From: Candidatus Gottesmanbacteria bacterium
GTDB lineage: Bacteria; Patescibacteriota; Microgenomatia; UBA10105; UBA927
DNA: 64,000 bases
NCBI GenBank assembly: GCA_030679255.1
Contig: JAUXTO010000022.1
Coordinates: 64,915-128,914 of the forward strand
Direction: 5' to 3'
The notes beneath the pieces were generated by a model that was given only the letters and a program-made list of their open reading frames with translations, was not told the DNA's origin and searched no databases. Shown here one piece after another: positions 19,431 through 28,110 of this stretch. Both the position numbers and the translations under genes were made by a program. Each line of letters begins with the position of its first letter. Within the stretch, counting starts at the first letter, position 1.

Positions 19431-19659
19431 AGGCAGATCCGCTCCGGCTCGAACGGAGAATAGGAATTTTGTCCCAGAAGTAGCTTGCGGGGCTCCTCTG
19501 CTTCGAACAGAGAACGCTAGTTTTGGAGACTAGAATGATTCCAGTTTCACCAAAGCCCCAGCCGCTTAGTACTTCGGGATCCCGCACGCTAAGCCAAATC
19601 TTTTTGATTTGGCAAGTGATGCGGGAGACATTCCTGTGATTCCATTTCACTACGGATCT

Positions 19660-19945
19660 AAAAAAGCCCTTGTAAATCATCCACGATAATCGTGGAGAAT
19701 GTACAAGGGCCTTCTTATTTGAAGGGGTACCACCCTACTTCGCTTTTCTACAAAAAATCCCACCGGAACGGCGGGAGATATGTAAGAAAAACCTCATTAC
19801 ATGCTCCGCTGAATGCGACACATGGTGCTTTATTTTTACAGTTAAGCTTCCGGATGAGACATTCCTCAAGAGATAGCCTCATCAGCGTTTTGATATTTCT
19901 ATCAATTGGAAAGATCCCAATCAATCTCTCCTTACGCTTTTATTC
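19660..19945 (-). promoter_or_regulatory. T-box riboswitch leader
   Basis: Antiterminator AGGG-UGGUACC-CCUUC/GAAGG-CCCU (19736-19706) overlaps the terminator GCCCUUGUA/UACAAGGGC-U6. Upstream TTGTCA-17-TATACT; trpS lies downstream. Confidence 0.82.
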
Positions 19946-20029
19946 AACTGAAAAGTAGTATAGCACAGGCTTTGACGCTTGACAAGCCTCTCTACTATGT
20001 TATTATATTGTTATAACAAAGGAGACAGT

Positions 20030-20281
20030 ATGAAACAAAAAATCATCAAAGTCGGCAATTCCGGAGCAGTCTTGATCCCAAAACAGTATTTGGACACGCT
20101 CAAACTCAAAATTGGATCTAGCATTAATCTTGATTTACAGGAGGACAGTTCACGCCTCGTTATCGACGTGCCTGCTAAATATATGAGCATGAAAGTTCCG
20201 TTGGATAAAGAGGTCTACGCAGTCGGCCAGGATCTCCTGAAGCGCTATCTCCCTGCATTTGTAAAGCTTGCACACGCATGA
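20030..20281 (+). CDS. AbrB/MazE-like antitoxin
   Basis: KIIKVGNSGAVLIPK. Confidence 0.85.
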   Translation: MKQKIIKVGNSGAVLIPKQYLDTLKLKIGSSINLDLQEDSSRLVIDVPAKYMSMKVPLDKEVYAVGQDLLKRYLPAFVKLAHA

Positions 20282-20661
20282 AATATCTCACCACGGAAGA
20301 CGTGCTCCTCCTCCATCATCTCTCTATCGAAAAAAGTGGCGGCTCCCACGGACTACGTGACGCTGGGCTATTGGACGCCGCCGTCCATCGACCACAGGCG
20401 ACATTTGATGGAGAGGATTTGTACCCCAGGCTCTTTGATAAAGCTGGAGCCCTTTGTCACTCCCTCATCAAAAATCATGCGTTTGTCGATGGGAATAAAC
20501 GCACATCGCTCCTTTCCACCATGACGTTTTTGGAAATCAATGGGTATACGTTCAAGTGTAAACAAGAAGAACTCGTAGTATTTGGTCTGAAAATCGATAA
20601 CGAAAACATCTCGCCGAACGGCATCGCCACTTGGTTTATATCCCACTGCATTAAACGCTAA
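20278..20661 (+). CDS. death-on-curing (Doc) toxin
   Basis: GLRDAGLL and HAFVDGNKRT. Confidence 0.92.
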   Translation: MKYLTTEDVLLLHHLSIEKSGGSHGLRDAGLLDAAVHRPQATFDGEDLYPRLFDKAGALCHSLIKNHAFVDGNKRTSLLSTMTFLEINGYTFKCKQEELVVFGLKIDNENISPNGIATWFISHCIKR

Positions 20662-20670
20662 CGAACAACT

Positions 20671-21231
20671 ATGATCGACACCGCGCACATCATCCTTCTC
20701 ATAAGTCTAATGTGGTACATATTGTTTTGGGCCATGACCGATACATCCCCCATCGCTCACTTCATCGCAAATTTTCGTACAGTACGGGGAATGTTTGGAG
20801 TATTAATGGTCTTTGTTATGGCTATTCAAGCCTTGAAGCTTTTTCAACTTGATCTTCCATCACATTACCAAAATCCAATGAGCATCTGGCTCGGCGTTCC
20901 CATTTTGATCCTTGGGTTGGCTCTCGCCTGCTGGGCCAAGATCGTCATGAAAACTAACTGGGGTGTCCCGGCTCAACACGACATCGCTAAGCAGAAAGCA
21001 CTCGTCACATCAGGGCCATTTATGTATACACGAAACCCCATCTATCTCGGGCTTCTCCTCTATTTCATAGGATTTGAACTTGCCCTGATGAGCTGGCTCC
21101 TCGCCGCCACCATTCCCCTCTTCATCCTCATCCGTATGGCAATCGCCAAAGAAGAAACACTCCTGCGTAAATATTTCGGCAAGATGTACGCGGCATATTG
21201 CAAAAAAGTCCCGCAGTTATTGCCTATTTAG
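20671..21231 (+). CDS. isoprenylcysteine carboxyl methyltransferase family membrane protein
   Basis: LVTSGPFMYTRNPIYLG and EETLLRKYFG..Y..Y..KVP. Confidence 0.88.
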   Translation: MIDTAHIILLISLMWYILFWAMTDTSPIAHFIANFRTVRGMFGVLMVFVMAIQALKLFQLDLPSHYQNPMSIWLGVPILILGLALACWAKIVMKTNWGVPAQHDIAKQKALVTSGPFMYTRNPIYLGLLLYFIGFELALMSWLLAATIPLFILIRMAIAKEETLLRKYFGKMYAAYCKKVPQLLPI

Positions 21232-21477
21232 ATAGTTACTAAGTTGTTTTTTAATTACTCTCATGCCCATACTCGTCTTTAAATATTTTTCTCGAGCCTC
21301 GGCGTCAGATTTTAGCAAATAGGCTTCGTAGTAGATGAGCTTAAACGGAGTGTAAGGTGCCGTAGAAAAATTTTTACCGGCGTTGTGTTCAGCGACTCTT
21401 CGTTTTAAATCGGATGTTGAGCCTTTATAAAGCCAGTTGTTACGTTTGGAAGATTGGAGGATATAGACGTAGTACAT
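21217..21477 (-). CDS. small GIY-YIG nuclease
   Basis: YYVYIL..LYKGSTSDLKRR..HNAG..REKYLK. Confidence 0.9.
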   Translation of the reverse strand: MYYVYILQSSKRNNWLYKGSTSDLKRRVAEHNAGKNFSTAPYTPFKLIYYEAYLLKSDAEAREKYLKTSMGMRVIKKQLSNYLNRQ

Positions 21478-21510
21478 TGGGGTTATTATATCTTTTTCGG
21501 GTCATCATGT

Positions 21511-21662
21511 TGAGGCTATCATGTCCAGCACTTCGCGCTGTCCACCAGCCTCATGAGGGCGGAGGCAGGTTTGAGGTCATTATGCGCGAAGCGCGCACCG
21601 ACCTCACGAGGGTGGAATAAAAAAATCCGCTATTAGCGGATTTTTTTATTTGATACCCTCGG
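21511..21662 (-). repeat. tRNA 3'-trailer palindromic element, copy 1
   Basis: CCGAGGGTATCAAA..TCCGC..GCGGA..TTCCACCCTCGT plus GGCTG..AAGTGCTG..ACATGATAGCC; homologous to 28009-28110. Confidence 0.8.
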
Positions 21663-21921
21663 TTGCGGGGCTGGGAGTCGCACCCAGCCTAGAAGATTAT
21701 GCACGTGTTTCTCCCATTCCTGAGAGTGTCGGACTATATCTTTCCCGCTAAGCGGGATTCGGCGTATAGTCTCTACGGATTTCCGCCAACTGGCGGACCT
21801 TTCCTCGGTATTACCCTTCAATATTGAATGGGGTTTCACCGATATAGCCGAATTCTACCCTGAGATATTTCTCTGAGCAGCCCATAATCGAGCCTTCTGT
21901 GCAACTGTACACTACCCCGCG
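21663..21921 (-). tRNA. tRNA-Met(CAU), initiator-like, split by a group I intron (exons 21921-21891 and 21701-21663)
   Basis: Acceptor CGCGGGG/CCCCGCA with C1:A72 mismatch; anticodon arm GAAGG-CU^CAUAA-UCUUC; T arm CUGGG-UGCGACU-CCCAG. Confidence 0.88.
21702..21890 (-). ncRNA. group I intron (189 nt, no ORF)
   Basis: 5' splice site after U33 and terminal G. R element CCGUAGAGACUA (21778-21767), S element AAGAUAUAGUCC (21742-21731), P3 AUUCGGC/GCCGAAU, P10 GAUUAUG/CAUAAUC. Confidence 0.92.
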
Positions 21922-22036
21922 GTACATGAAAGTACTCTCGTATACTATCAAACGAACTACGGAGCGTCAACGCAGGCTTGAACTTTTTTCTGTTATTCAA
22001 TGAAAGATGCTTTCATTTTTATGCTAAAATCAACTC

Positions 22037-22480
22037 GTGTCCACCACGTATAAACAGATAAAAACAATACAAGAATTCATTGGCGCCATCCGACTCCGCG
22101 TTGATGTATTTATCAAAGAACAACAGTGCGCACCCGGCTGGGAACCTGATGAAGAAGATAAAGTTTCAGAGCATTTTATCGCGCTCGTCGATAGGAAAAT
22201 CGTTGGCACCGCCAGAGTGAGGCGTCCAAACCCCGAAGAAATTAAAATTGAACGTATGGCTATCGACAAAGGATTCAGAGGAAAGGGTGTGGGCGACGGG
22301 CTTCTTCGTTACGTTATCAAACAAACAATGAGATCAAAACCAAAGCGTATCTGGATGCAGGCCCAAACGCACGCACAAGCCTTTTATGAAAAATGTGGTT
22401 TTCACGCCGTATCCAAACCATACGATCTTTACGGCATTGAGCATGTCGATATGGAGTTGATGGTGCTTGATAAAAAATAG
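22037..22480 (+). CDS. GNAT acetyltransferase (ElaA/YjcF-like)
   Basis: LRVDVFIKEQ, FRGKGVG, AQAFYEKCGF and IEHVDM. Confidence 0.9.
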   Translation: MSTTYKQIKTIQEFIGAIRLRVDVFIKEQQCAPGWEPDEEDKVSEHFIALVDRKIVGTARVRRPNPEEIKIERMAIDKGFRGKGVGDGLLRYVIKQTMRSKPKRIWMQAQTHAQAFYEKCGFHAVSKPYDLYGIEHVDMELMVLDKK

Positions 22481-22556
22481 GCTCCGATTTCCGATTACTC
22501 CCCTTAACGTAGCAAGTTATGTTGTCTATACAGTCCATTTTTACTATAATGCCGTT

Positions 22557-23162
22557 ATGACAACACAATCCGAACATCCATTTCTTCAGACAATACAGAG
22601 GCTCTTCCCTACCGGAGGGATGGATGCCTATGAAATGGCAACAATAATGGCGCGGAACCAAATGGTGGATATGGGAGTCAGTGCTACCTACATCATGGCA
22701 CAATCGCGGGGTAAGCAAGATATCGTAGTAGCCTATTTATGTGCACATAGTATTGGACCTGATGGCGATATCAGAGAAGACAGATATTCACCCGAAACAG
22801 TATGGGACTATAAGGCTTCGCATGATTTACCACATCTACGAGCAACAGAATTAGGACTTCTCCGTTTGCGCGACTTTGGTGATCATGGTCTCGTACCCGG
22901 TAAAATTAGTCCTCTGGACGTAATCAGACTACCGCGAGAGAGCTTTAGGGAGGCACACTTTCTCGTTTCTCCAATAGCCGCATCTCTCGCGCGAGATTAT
23001 AAAGATATAGTGCTCCCCTATGGCAACAGTTCATGGGAGATTAGAAGGGGAGACGATTTACTCGAGGTACTCGATAGTACGCTTACCGGGGCAGGATGGC
23101 AGTTTAAAGTAATGGATTATCAAGACTGGCAGAAACCGGATACTTTTAGCCCTCATATCTAA
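22557..23162 (+). CDS. hypothetical protein
   Basis: Long ORF preceded by TATAAT; no family recognised. Confidence 0.55.
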   Translation: MTTQSEHPFLQTIQRLFPTGGMDAYEMATIMARNQMVDMGVSATYIMAQSRGKQDIVVAYLCAHSIGPDGDIREDRYSPETVWDYKASHDLPHLRATELGLLRLRDFGDHGLVPGKISPLDVIRLPRESFREAHFLVSPIAASLARDYKDIVLPYGNSSWEIRRGDDLLEVLDSTLTGAGWQFKVMDYQDWQKPDTFSPHI

Positions 23163-23204
23163 TTTTTTGTGACAGGAGCTTGATTAAATTTTGTCGAAAA
23201 TACT

Positions 23205-23570
23205 ATGCAAAACCCAGACTCATTTGTCCCTTCAGAAGCATCTTCACGTGCCTTTTTTTCAGCAATTCGCGAGGCTCATTTCTGCGATGAATCACTCACT
23301 CCGCTTGGTGGTCTAGTCGAACTTCGAGCGGATGGCACGAGAGAAGTGACATTTGCCGCGGAAACGACTGACCCTGGGCTTCCGAAGCAACAAATACTAT
23401 TTGAAGTGAATACGAATGATAATCGTGTAAATATCCTAGTCACGGACAAACGAACAGGAACGGTTATTCCGCTCACGGTCGATCCTACTCGTCGAGACGA
23501 AATGAATACGCTCCTTGATTCACTCCAACCGGCCAAGGCGCAACTGCCGGCGGGCGATTGGCTAAATTAG
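23205..23570 (+). CDS. hypothetical protein
   Basis: 121-aa ORF; no motif recognised. Confidence 0.5.
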   Translation: MQNPDSFVPSEASSRAFFSAIREAHFCDESLTPLGGLVELRADGTREVTFAAETTDPGLPKQQILFEVNTNDNRVNILVTDKRTGTVIPLTVDPTRRDEMNTLLDSLQPAKAQLPAGDWLN

Positions 23571-23601
23571 CTATCACTCTATTTTTGCTATACTGCGTGC
23601 C

Positions 23602-23865
23602 ATGATTCGTGAAGCTTCTCATCAGGATATCCCCCGCCTCGTCGCACTTGACCGTGCTTCCTACGGAGACTACGGAGCAGACCAACGGTATTTCCAAAAA
23701 AAATTTACTTCTCCCAATACTTCGATACTTATCGCCCAATCAGGAGGCCGCATCACCGGATTTGTCGTCTTTGAAGTTATGAAACCGGGTCAACAACTGG
23801 AAAATTTCTCTGATTTAATTTTGGGTATTTTGCTTTTGAAAAAGTGCATGCAATTCCTCCATTGA
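23602..23865 (+). pseudogene. truncated GNAT acetyltransferase (N-terminal part)
   Basis: IREASHQDIPRLVALDR..GRITGFV, then runs into a convergent ORF without the acetyl-CoA motif. Confidence 0.5.
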
Positions 23866-24012
23866 AAGATCTCTCCCCTCATCTTCCGCTTCCCTCAAAC
23901 CACGGCAAATAGCACAATCATCACAGTCTGACGGAGGATACTGCTCCGAATCCTTGTGACCACTTTCTCCGACGATTGGGTGACGTACTTTTGGATTGAT
24001 TGGCTTTTTCAT
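23815..24012 (-). CDS. small Cys-containing hypothetical protein
   Basis: CDDCAIC motif; directly follows the vapC-like gene. Confidence 0.45.
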   Translation of the reverse strand: MKKPINPKVRHPIVGESGHKDSEQYPPSDCDDCAICRGLREAEDEGRDLSMEELHALFQKQNTQN

Positions 24013-24026
24013 GTTATTTTTTTCTA

Positions 24027-24428
24027 TCACTTTTTCACAACCTCGGACGCAAGCTCTGCCCAAACGCGGACGGTCAAACCTGGGATAAAGGAAAAATGTT
24101 TGATATTGTGGGTGACGAGCGTAAGCTCATACTCTCGGGCTGTTGCAGCAATCAGCGTATCAAAAAATTGTATACCATGAGACAATCTGTACTTCTCAAA
24201 CAATGACAACGCTTGTTTCGTGATCGTTTCGGTAAAAGAGAACTCATGTAGATCTCGCAGGATAGCATGAACGGCCCGTAGATCACGATTATTCTCACAT
24301 CCCTGGATAAGCTCTGCGTGCGTCACCGCGGATAGAGAAGGCGAGAACTGCTTCAGAAATTGAAACGCAAGGTTATCCCCGCGGATATGAGCGACACAAA
24401 CAGACGTATCGACGAGATAGTTAATCAT
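24027..24428 (-). CDS. VapC PIN toxin
   Basis: YLVDTSV, DTLIAATA and LVTHNIKHF. Confidence 0.92.
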   Translation of the reverse strand: MINYLVDTSVCVAHIRGDNLAFQFLKQFSPSLSAVTHAELIQGCENNRDLRAVHAILRDLHEFSFTETITKQALSLFEKYRLSHGIQFFDTLIAATAREYELTLVTHNIKHFSFIPGLTVRVWAELASEVVKK

Positions 24429-24678
24429 ACGTCCGGTTAAACTGTGCCCGAATTTTCCTCACCCACTTATCAGGATCTTTCATGTCTTCCCGGTCCTTCC
24501 ATATGCCGAAGGAGGCGGACAATCCGGTCTGTCTTCGTTTGTCCGTGATGACTGGCACCAGCATTGCCTTTGGCTTGCCGAACTTGGTAATAATAAATGA
24601 CGTACCCCCCACAGCCACCTGATTAATAAGATCGGCAAGATTTGCTCGGGTTTCTTTGATAGGAATTAATTGCATCAT
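24421..24678 (-). CDS. Phd/YefM antitoxin
   Basis: IKETRANLADLINQV..IITKFGKPKAMLVP. Confidence 0.9.
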   Translation of the reverse strand: MMQLIPIKETRANLADLINQVAVGGTSFIITKFGKPKAMLVPVITDKRRQTGLSASFGIWKDREDMKDPDKWVRKIRAQFNRTYD

Positions 24679-24777
24679 GTCATGACGGTACTATAATTAT
24701 GTACACTTTGTCAATAGATACACTTTGTACACCTGATGAAGAATCAATAACAGAATAAATATCCGTAAGTTAAAATG

Positions 24778-24853
24778 CAAGACCCCCCTCCGAGTCGGAC
24801 TTATTTGCCAGAAATGGCGATAATGGTGATGACAAAAAGGGGGTGTATTTTTT
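24778..24853 (+). terminator. conserved GCCA-N4-TGGC motif, copy 2 (orphan, partly decayed stem)
   Basis: CAAGACCCCCCTCC..GGAC..GCCAGAAATGGCGATAATG..GGGGTGTATTTTTT. Confidence 0.75.
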
Positions 24854-24872
24854 CTGAACGGAAGGAGCCGAA

Positions 24873-25145
24873 TCAAGCTGCTGCCGGCTGGATGTGCTTC
24901 CCTTCAATTTTCTCCATGATCCACATTCTGATAAGTTGCGTGGGGCCCAACCCCTTCTTTCTGGCTTGATTTTTGACCGTGTGGAGCGTACTCGGGTCTA
25001 AACGGATATTGAGCGTCATTGATAAATTTTTGGCAAACCTAACCTTTATAGGCTTTCCGGTTTTCCAAGTTTCCCGATAATTTTCCTCCCAAAATTTTGC
25101 TTCTTTGTCCCTGTCTTTAAAAATTGACGTATCTGGTGCTTTCAT
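24873..25145 (-). CDS. BrnA/CopG-like antitoxin
   Basis: EAKFWE..LNIRLD..ARKKGLGPTQLIRMWIME. Confidence 0.85.
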   Translation of the reverse strand: MKAPDTSIFKDRDKEAKFWEENYRETWKTGKPIKVRFAKNLSMTLNIRLDPSTLHTVKNQARKKGLGPTQLIRMWIMEKIEGKHIQPAAA

Positions 25146-25405
25146 ACATTCACCTCCTCAAACGCTGTTATTGGATAATATATACCTTTTCCGTAAGCTT
25201 TTAGCTTCCTATCTTCTGGCGAAAGAATAATTGTTAACGTTTTACCATTCTTTGTCTTTCCGAGCACTTGTATTCTTTTTCGATAACTTTCAACAATGTT
25301 ATATTTTCCGTGACAAACTTCCTCAACCTCATCTAGCGTCACTCCGTGTCTATAAAGATGTTCTTTATTCCAATCATCCCAAACGAGACCACGAACCACA
25401 ATCAT
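25142..25405 (-). CDS. BrnT-like toxin
   Basis: WDDWNKEHL.RHGVTLDEVEEV..YPITA. Confidence 0.85.
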   Translation of the reverse strand: MIVVRGLVWDDWNKEHLYRHGVTLDEVEEVCHGKYNIVESYRKRIQVLGKTKNGKTLTIILSPEDRKLKAYGKGIYYPITAFEEVNV

Positions 25406-25440
25406 AAGTTAAAATTATTGTAGCACACTGTGCCACAAAG

Positions 25441-25625
25441 TCAAGCAGTTTCCATCTTCACATGCTCCTCACCTATCCGAAAAACTAATGCCCCGACGAG
25501 GATCAATGCTCCCATAAAAAGAAATGCCATCGGGACTGACCGATCAGCAATTCCCCCGATAACCGGCCCCATGATGGCCACGTATAAACTCGTAAGCATG
25601 CCGATAAACGATAAAAGTTTGCTAT
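25441..25625 (-). pseudogene. 3' remnant of an MFS transporter
   Basis: LLSFIGML..IMGPVIGGIADR..AFLFMGAL resembles the last two MFS helices; no matching upstream part. Confidence 0.5.
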
Positions 25626-25635
25626 AATCCAACCC

Positions 25636-25965
25636 ATGACGAATATGTATAAGTGGATCATGCAACAATTTGGATCCGGCACTCCGGAACACGAAGTGAC
25701 CGCATCAATAGTTGAAAACGTGGCACAGGTCAACGTGACCATTGAACAACCACAAACCCCCATGACGGTTATCTTTCCGCCCGAAACAAAAATATTTATC
25801 GACGGAAGCCCGAGGACACTTGGAGATGATGAAGTTATTTTTGCCAGAGATGTTTATTCTTTTGGAGTCGGAATGACGACGGGAACCACTATGAATGGCG
25901 AGCATTTCAAGGCACTGAATGACCCCCAGGAAATTCTGCCATTAAAAATGGCGGATACAGAATAG
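25636..25965 (+). CDS. hypothetical protein
   Basis: 109-aa ORF after TATAAT. Confidence 0.45.
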   Translation: MTNMYKWIMQQFGSGTPEHEVTASIVENVAQVNVTIEQPQTPMTVIFPPETKIFIDGSPRTLGDDEVIFARDVYSFGVGMTTGTTMNGEHFKALNDPQEILPLKMADTE

Positions 25966-26005
25966 GTGCTCCGATGATCCTCGAAGTTTTGTGTATAATG
26001 ATCCG

Positions 26006-26260
26006 ATGACCAGATGGTTTGTCTACATCCTCCTCTGCCGGGGCGGGAGTCTCTACACCGGTATCGCCAAGGATCCGGAAAAGCGATTGAGTGAACACAA
26101 ATCAGGCAAAGGCGGCGCGTACACGAGAAGCCATCCACCCGTTCGCATTGTGTATACACAATCAGTGAAGTCCAGATCCGCAGCGCTTAAACGCGAAGCC
26201 GAAATCAAACGCTGGGGAAGGCTAAAGAAGATCAAGACCCTTGGACTAACCGTGCTTTGA
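26006..26260 (+). CDS. small GIY-YIG nuclease (YhbQ-like)
   Basis: WFVYILLC..SLYTGI..RLSEHKSGKGGAYTR..ALKREAEIK. Confidence 0.92.
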   Translation: MTRWFVYILLCRGGSLYTGIAKDPEKRLSEHKSGKGGAYTRSHPPVRIVYTQSVKSRSAALKREAEIKRWGRLKKIKTLGLTVL

Positions 26261-27245
26261 TTTCCTCTATGGTGAGTCGCTCTTCGCGTTGCCATTTCTT
26301 AATCTGCTTAATCCTGATGGCAATCGAAGGATCAAATTGCATAAATCCTCCCTGACTTTTTTGTGTGGGACGGATAAGTCCTTGTGACACGTAGTAGCGT
26401 ACCGTGGGGATAGAGACCATCGATTCTTTAGCAACCGCGCCGATAAAAAGTAGTGGCTGCTTTACGCCTTCCTGGTCAACGAAATATGGGATAACGGGTT
26501 TCCCGTGTGCAGCAGCAGTCCACGCATCCAGCGATCGTTCGACTGCCCCGGCTATGACGTTATAGAAATTTTGGAGCGATCCGGTCATGATGCTATCCCC
26601 AATCGCTTGCATATACGCCTGACGTTCTTCTGTCTTGACTATGGCAATCGGGTACCCATGCCCCAAAAGGATAAGATTCATGAGTAACCTCGCCGTTCTC
26701 CCGTTCCCATCGATGAACGGATGAATATCCACAAACCGGAGATGAAAATCCGCGGCAACTTTCACCGGATGCTCGCCCTGGATACTCCCTAACCATTCAA
26801 CGAGTTTTCTCATTCGCCAGGGCACCTCATTGGGAGGCGGTGGCTCAGTCGCGGCACCGCGGATAAATACCTGACTTTGGCGGTAAATACCAGCCCACCG
26901 GTCCTCAATACCCGTCAGAATAATTCTGTGAATGTCTTTTATATCGTTTTCGGAAATATATTGATGGCCTTTTTTGACGATTGCACGGATAAAACCAATG
27001 GCTTTCTGATGATTGGTTGCCTCCACGTGTTCACGCAATGTCTTCCCTTCTATCGTGATCCCTTTTTCTAAAACAAGCGCGGTTTGCTCGCGCGTGAGCG
27101 TATTGCCCTCGATCCAGTTGGATGTGTAGGTATACTCGGTGTCTAGCCACTCCTGGAGGCTTGCACGCTCTTCCCCGGCAAGGGGCTTAAGCGCATCAAG
27201 CTTTTTCTTCTTTATGCTCAACCGATCAAAAATATCAACCATCAC
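26232..27245 (-). CDS. Fic protein with C-terminal MerR-type HTH
   Basis: SNWIEGN, HPFIDGNGRTAR and IGAVAK..TVRYY..GLI. Confidence 0.92.
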   Translation of the reverse strand: MMVDIFDRLSIKKKKLDALKPLAGEERASLQEWLDTEYTYTSNWIEGNTLTREQTALVLEKGITIEGKTLREHVEATNHQKAIGFIRAIVKKGHQYISENDIKDIHRIILTGIEDRWAGIYRQSQVFIRGAATEPPPPNEVPWRMRKLVEWLGSIQGEHPVKVAADFHLRFVDIHPFIDGNGRTARLLMNLILLGHGYPIAIVKTEERQAYMQAIGDSIMTGSLQNFYNVIAGAVERSLDAWTAAAHGKPVIPYFVDQEGVKQPLLFIGAVAKESMVSIPTVRYYVSQGLIRPTQKSQGGFMQFDPSIAIRIKQIKKWQREERLTIEEIKARLVQGS

Positions 27246-27329
27246 GTGATAGTTTATACTATCCCCGAATAATCGTCAAGTAGCACTTTTCACTTTACCC
27301 TTTTCACTCTTGACTTTTTTTCTATAGGC

Positions 27330-27358
27330 TTGACTTTTCCTCTCTCTCTCTGTAAAAT
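27330..27358 (+). promoter_or_regulatory. sigma70 promoter with (CT)6 spacer, 17 bp
   Basis: TTGACT-17-TAAAAT, 9 bp before the ATG at 27368. Confidence 0.75.
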
Positions 27359-27367
27359 CAGGTCATT

Positions 27368-27760
27368 ATGATATCCGAATCAAATTCAGAACAAGTATTG
27401 CTTCAATTAATTCGAGCCGCATCCAAGCCCGAGGTCGATGCGTATCAACGCGAGGAGGATGAAGCAGTCATCGCTGCCCTAAAGGACTTATCCCCCGATG
27501 ACGCGCGTGACTTGATCTTGGAGATGGCAGGCCGAGAAGCAAAAGCCAACGACTTCCACGCACGGATGAGAGAAATCGGATGGCATTTTAGCCTCGACAC
27601 ATCCCCAGATGCACTACATTTAGGTCAAAACGAACATGGGTTCCCGATTATCGGATCAGTTGCAGAATTTCCCGGCGGATCATTTTCCATTCGAATAAAT
27701 GATATTGCGAGGGTAATAGGTAGAGAAGAAATGTTGCATGAACTATCTTCACCTAAATAG
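27368..27760 (+). CDS. hypothetical protein
   Basis: 130-aa ORF with its own promoter. Confidence 0.55.
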   Translation: MISESNSEQVLLQLIRAASKPEVDAYQREEDEAVIAALKDLSPDDARDLILEMAGREAKANDFHARMREIGWHFSLDTSPDALHLGQNEHGFPIIGSVAEFPGGSFSIRINDIARVIGREEMLHELSSPK

Positions 27761-27871
27761 GTGTTATTTGACCCCACCAATCCGTCGATGTTCCAAATTA
27801 ACTGTCTTTTTTTTGGCTAACACAGACTTCTGTTTGCCTTCTCCAGCTATTTTTCGTAAAATGAAACCCAC

Positions 27872-27927
27872 GCCAGCGTAGCTTCCTCCAAAGGCGGATC
27901 AGCCTATGGCTGACAATGGTGGGAGCA
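27872..27927 (+). pseudogene. 5' tRNA fragment interrupted by a ~30-bp repeat-like insert
   Basis: GCCAGCGTAGCT[insert 27884-27913]CAATGGTGGGAGCA gives an acceptor strand plus D arm. Confidence 0.5.
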
Positions 27928-27936
27928 GAGTATTTT

Positions 27937-28008
27937 GTCAGGGTAGCTCAGTGGTAGAGCACCAGTATCATAAACTGGCCGTCGAGAGTCCGATCCTCTC
28001 CCCTGACA
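27937..28008 (+). tRNA. tRNA-CAU (probably elongator Met)
   Basis: GTCAGGG/CCCTGAC, D arm GCTC/GAGC, anticodon arm CCAGT-ATCATAA-ACTGG, T arm GAGAG-TCCGATC-CTCTC; no encoded CCA. Confidence 0.85.
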
Positions 28009-28110
28009 CCGAGGGTATCAAACAAAAAATTCCGCATTTAGCGGATTTTTTTGTTCCACCCTCGTCCGGCTGATGTGAAGCACATAAGTGCTGAAACATG
28101 ATAGCCGGAT
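28009..28110 (+). repeat. tRNA 3'-trailer palindromic element, copy 2
   Basis: Homologous to 21662-21511 on the minus strand; contains a terminator-like TCCGC/GCGGA-T tract. Confidence 0.8.

Noticed and set aside
19423-19958. ORFs 19423-19680 and 19692-19958
   Set aside because: They coincide with the structured element and the T-box leader and show no protein features.
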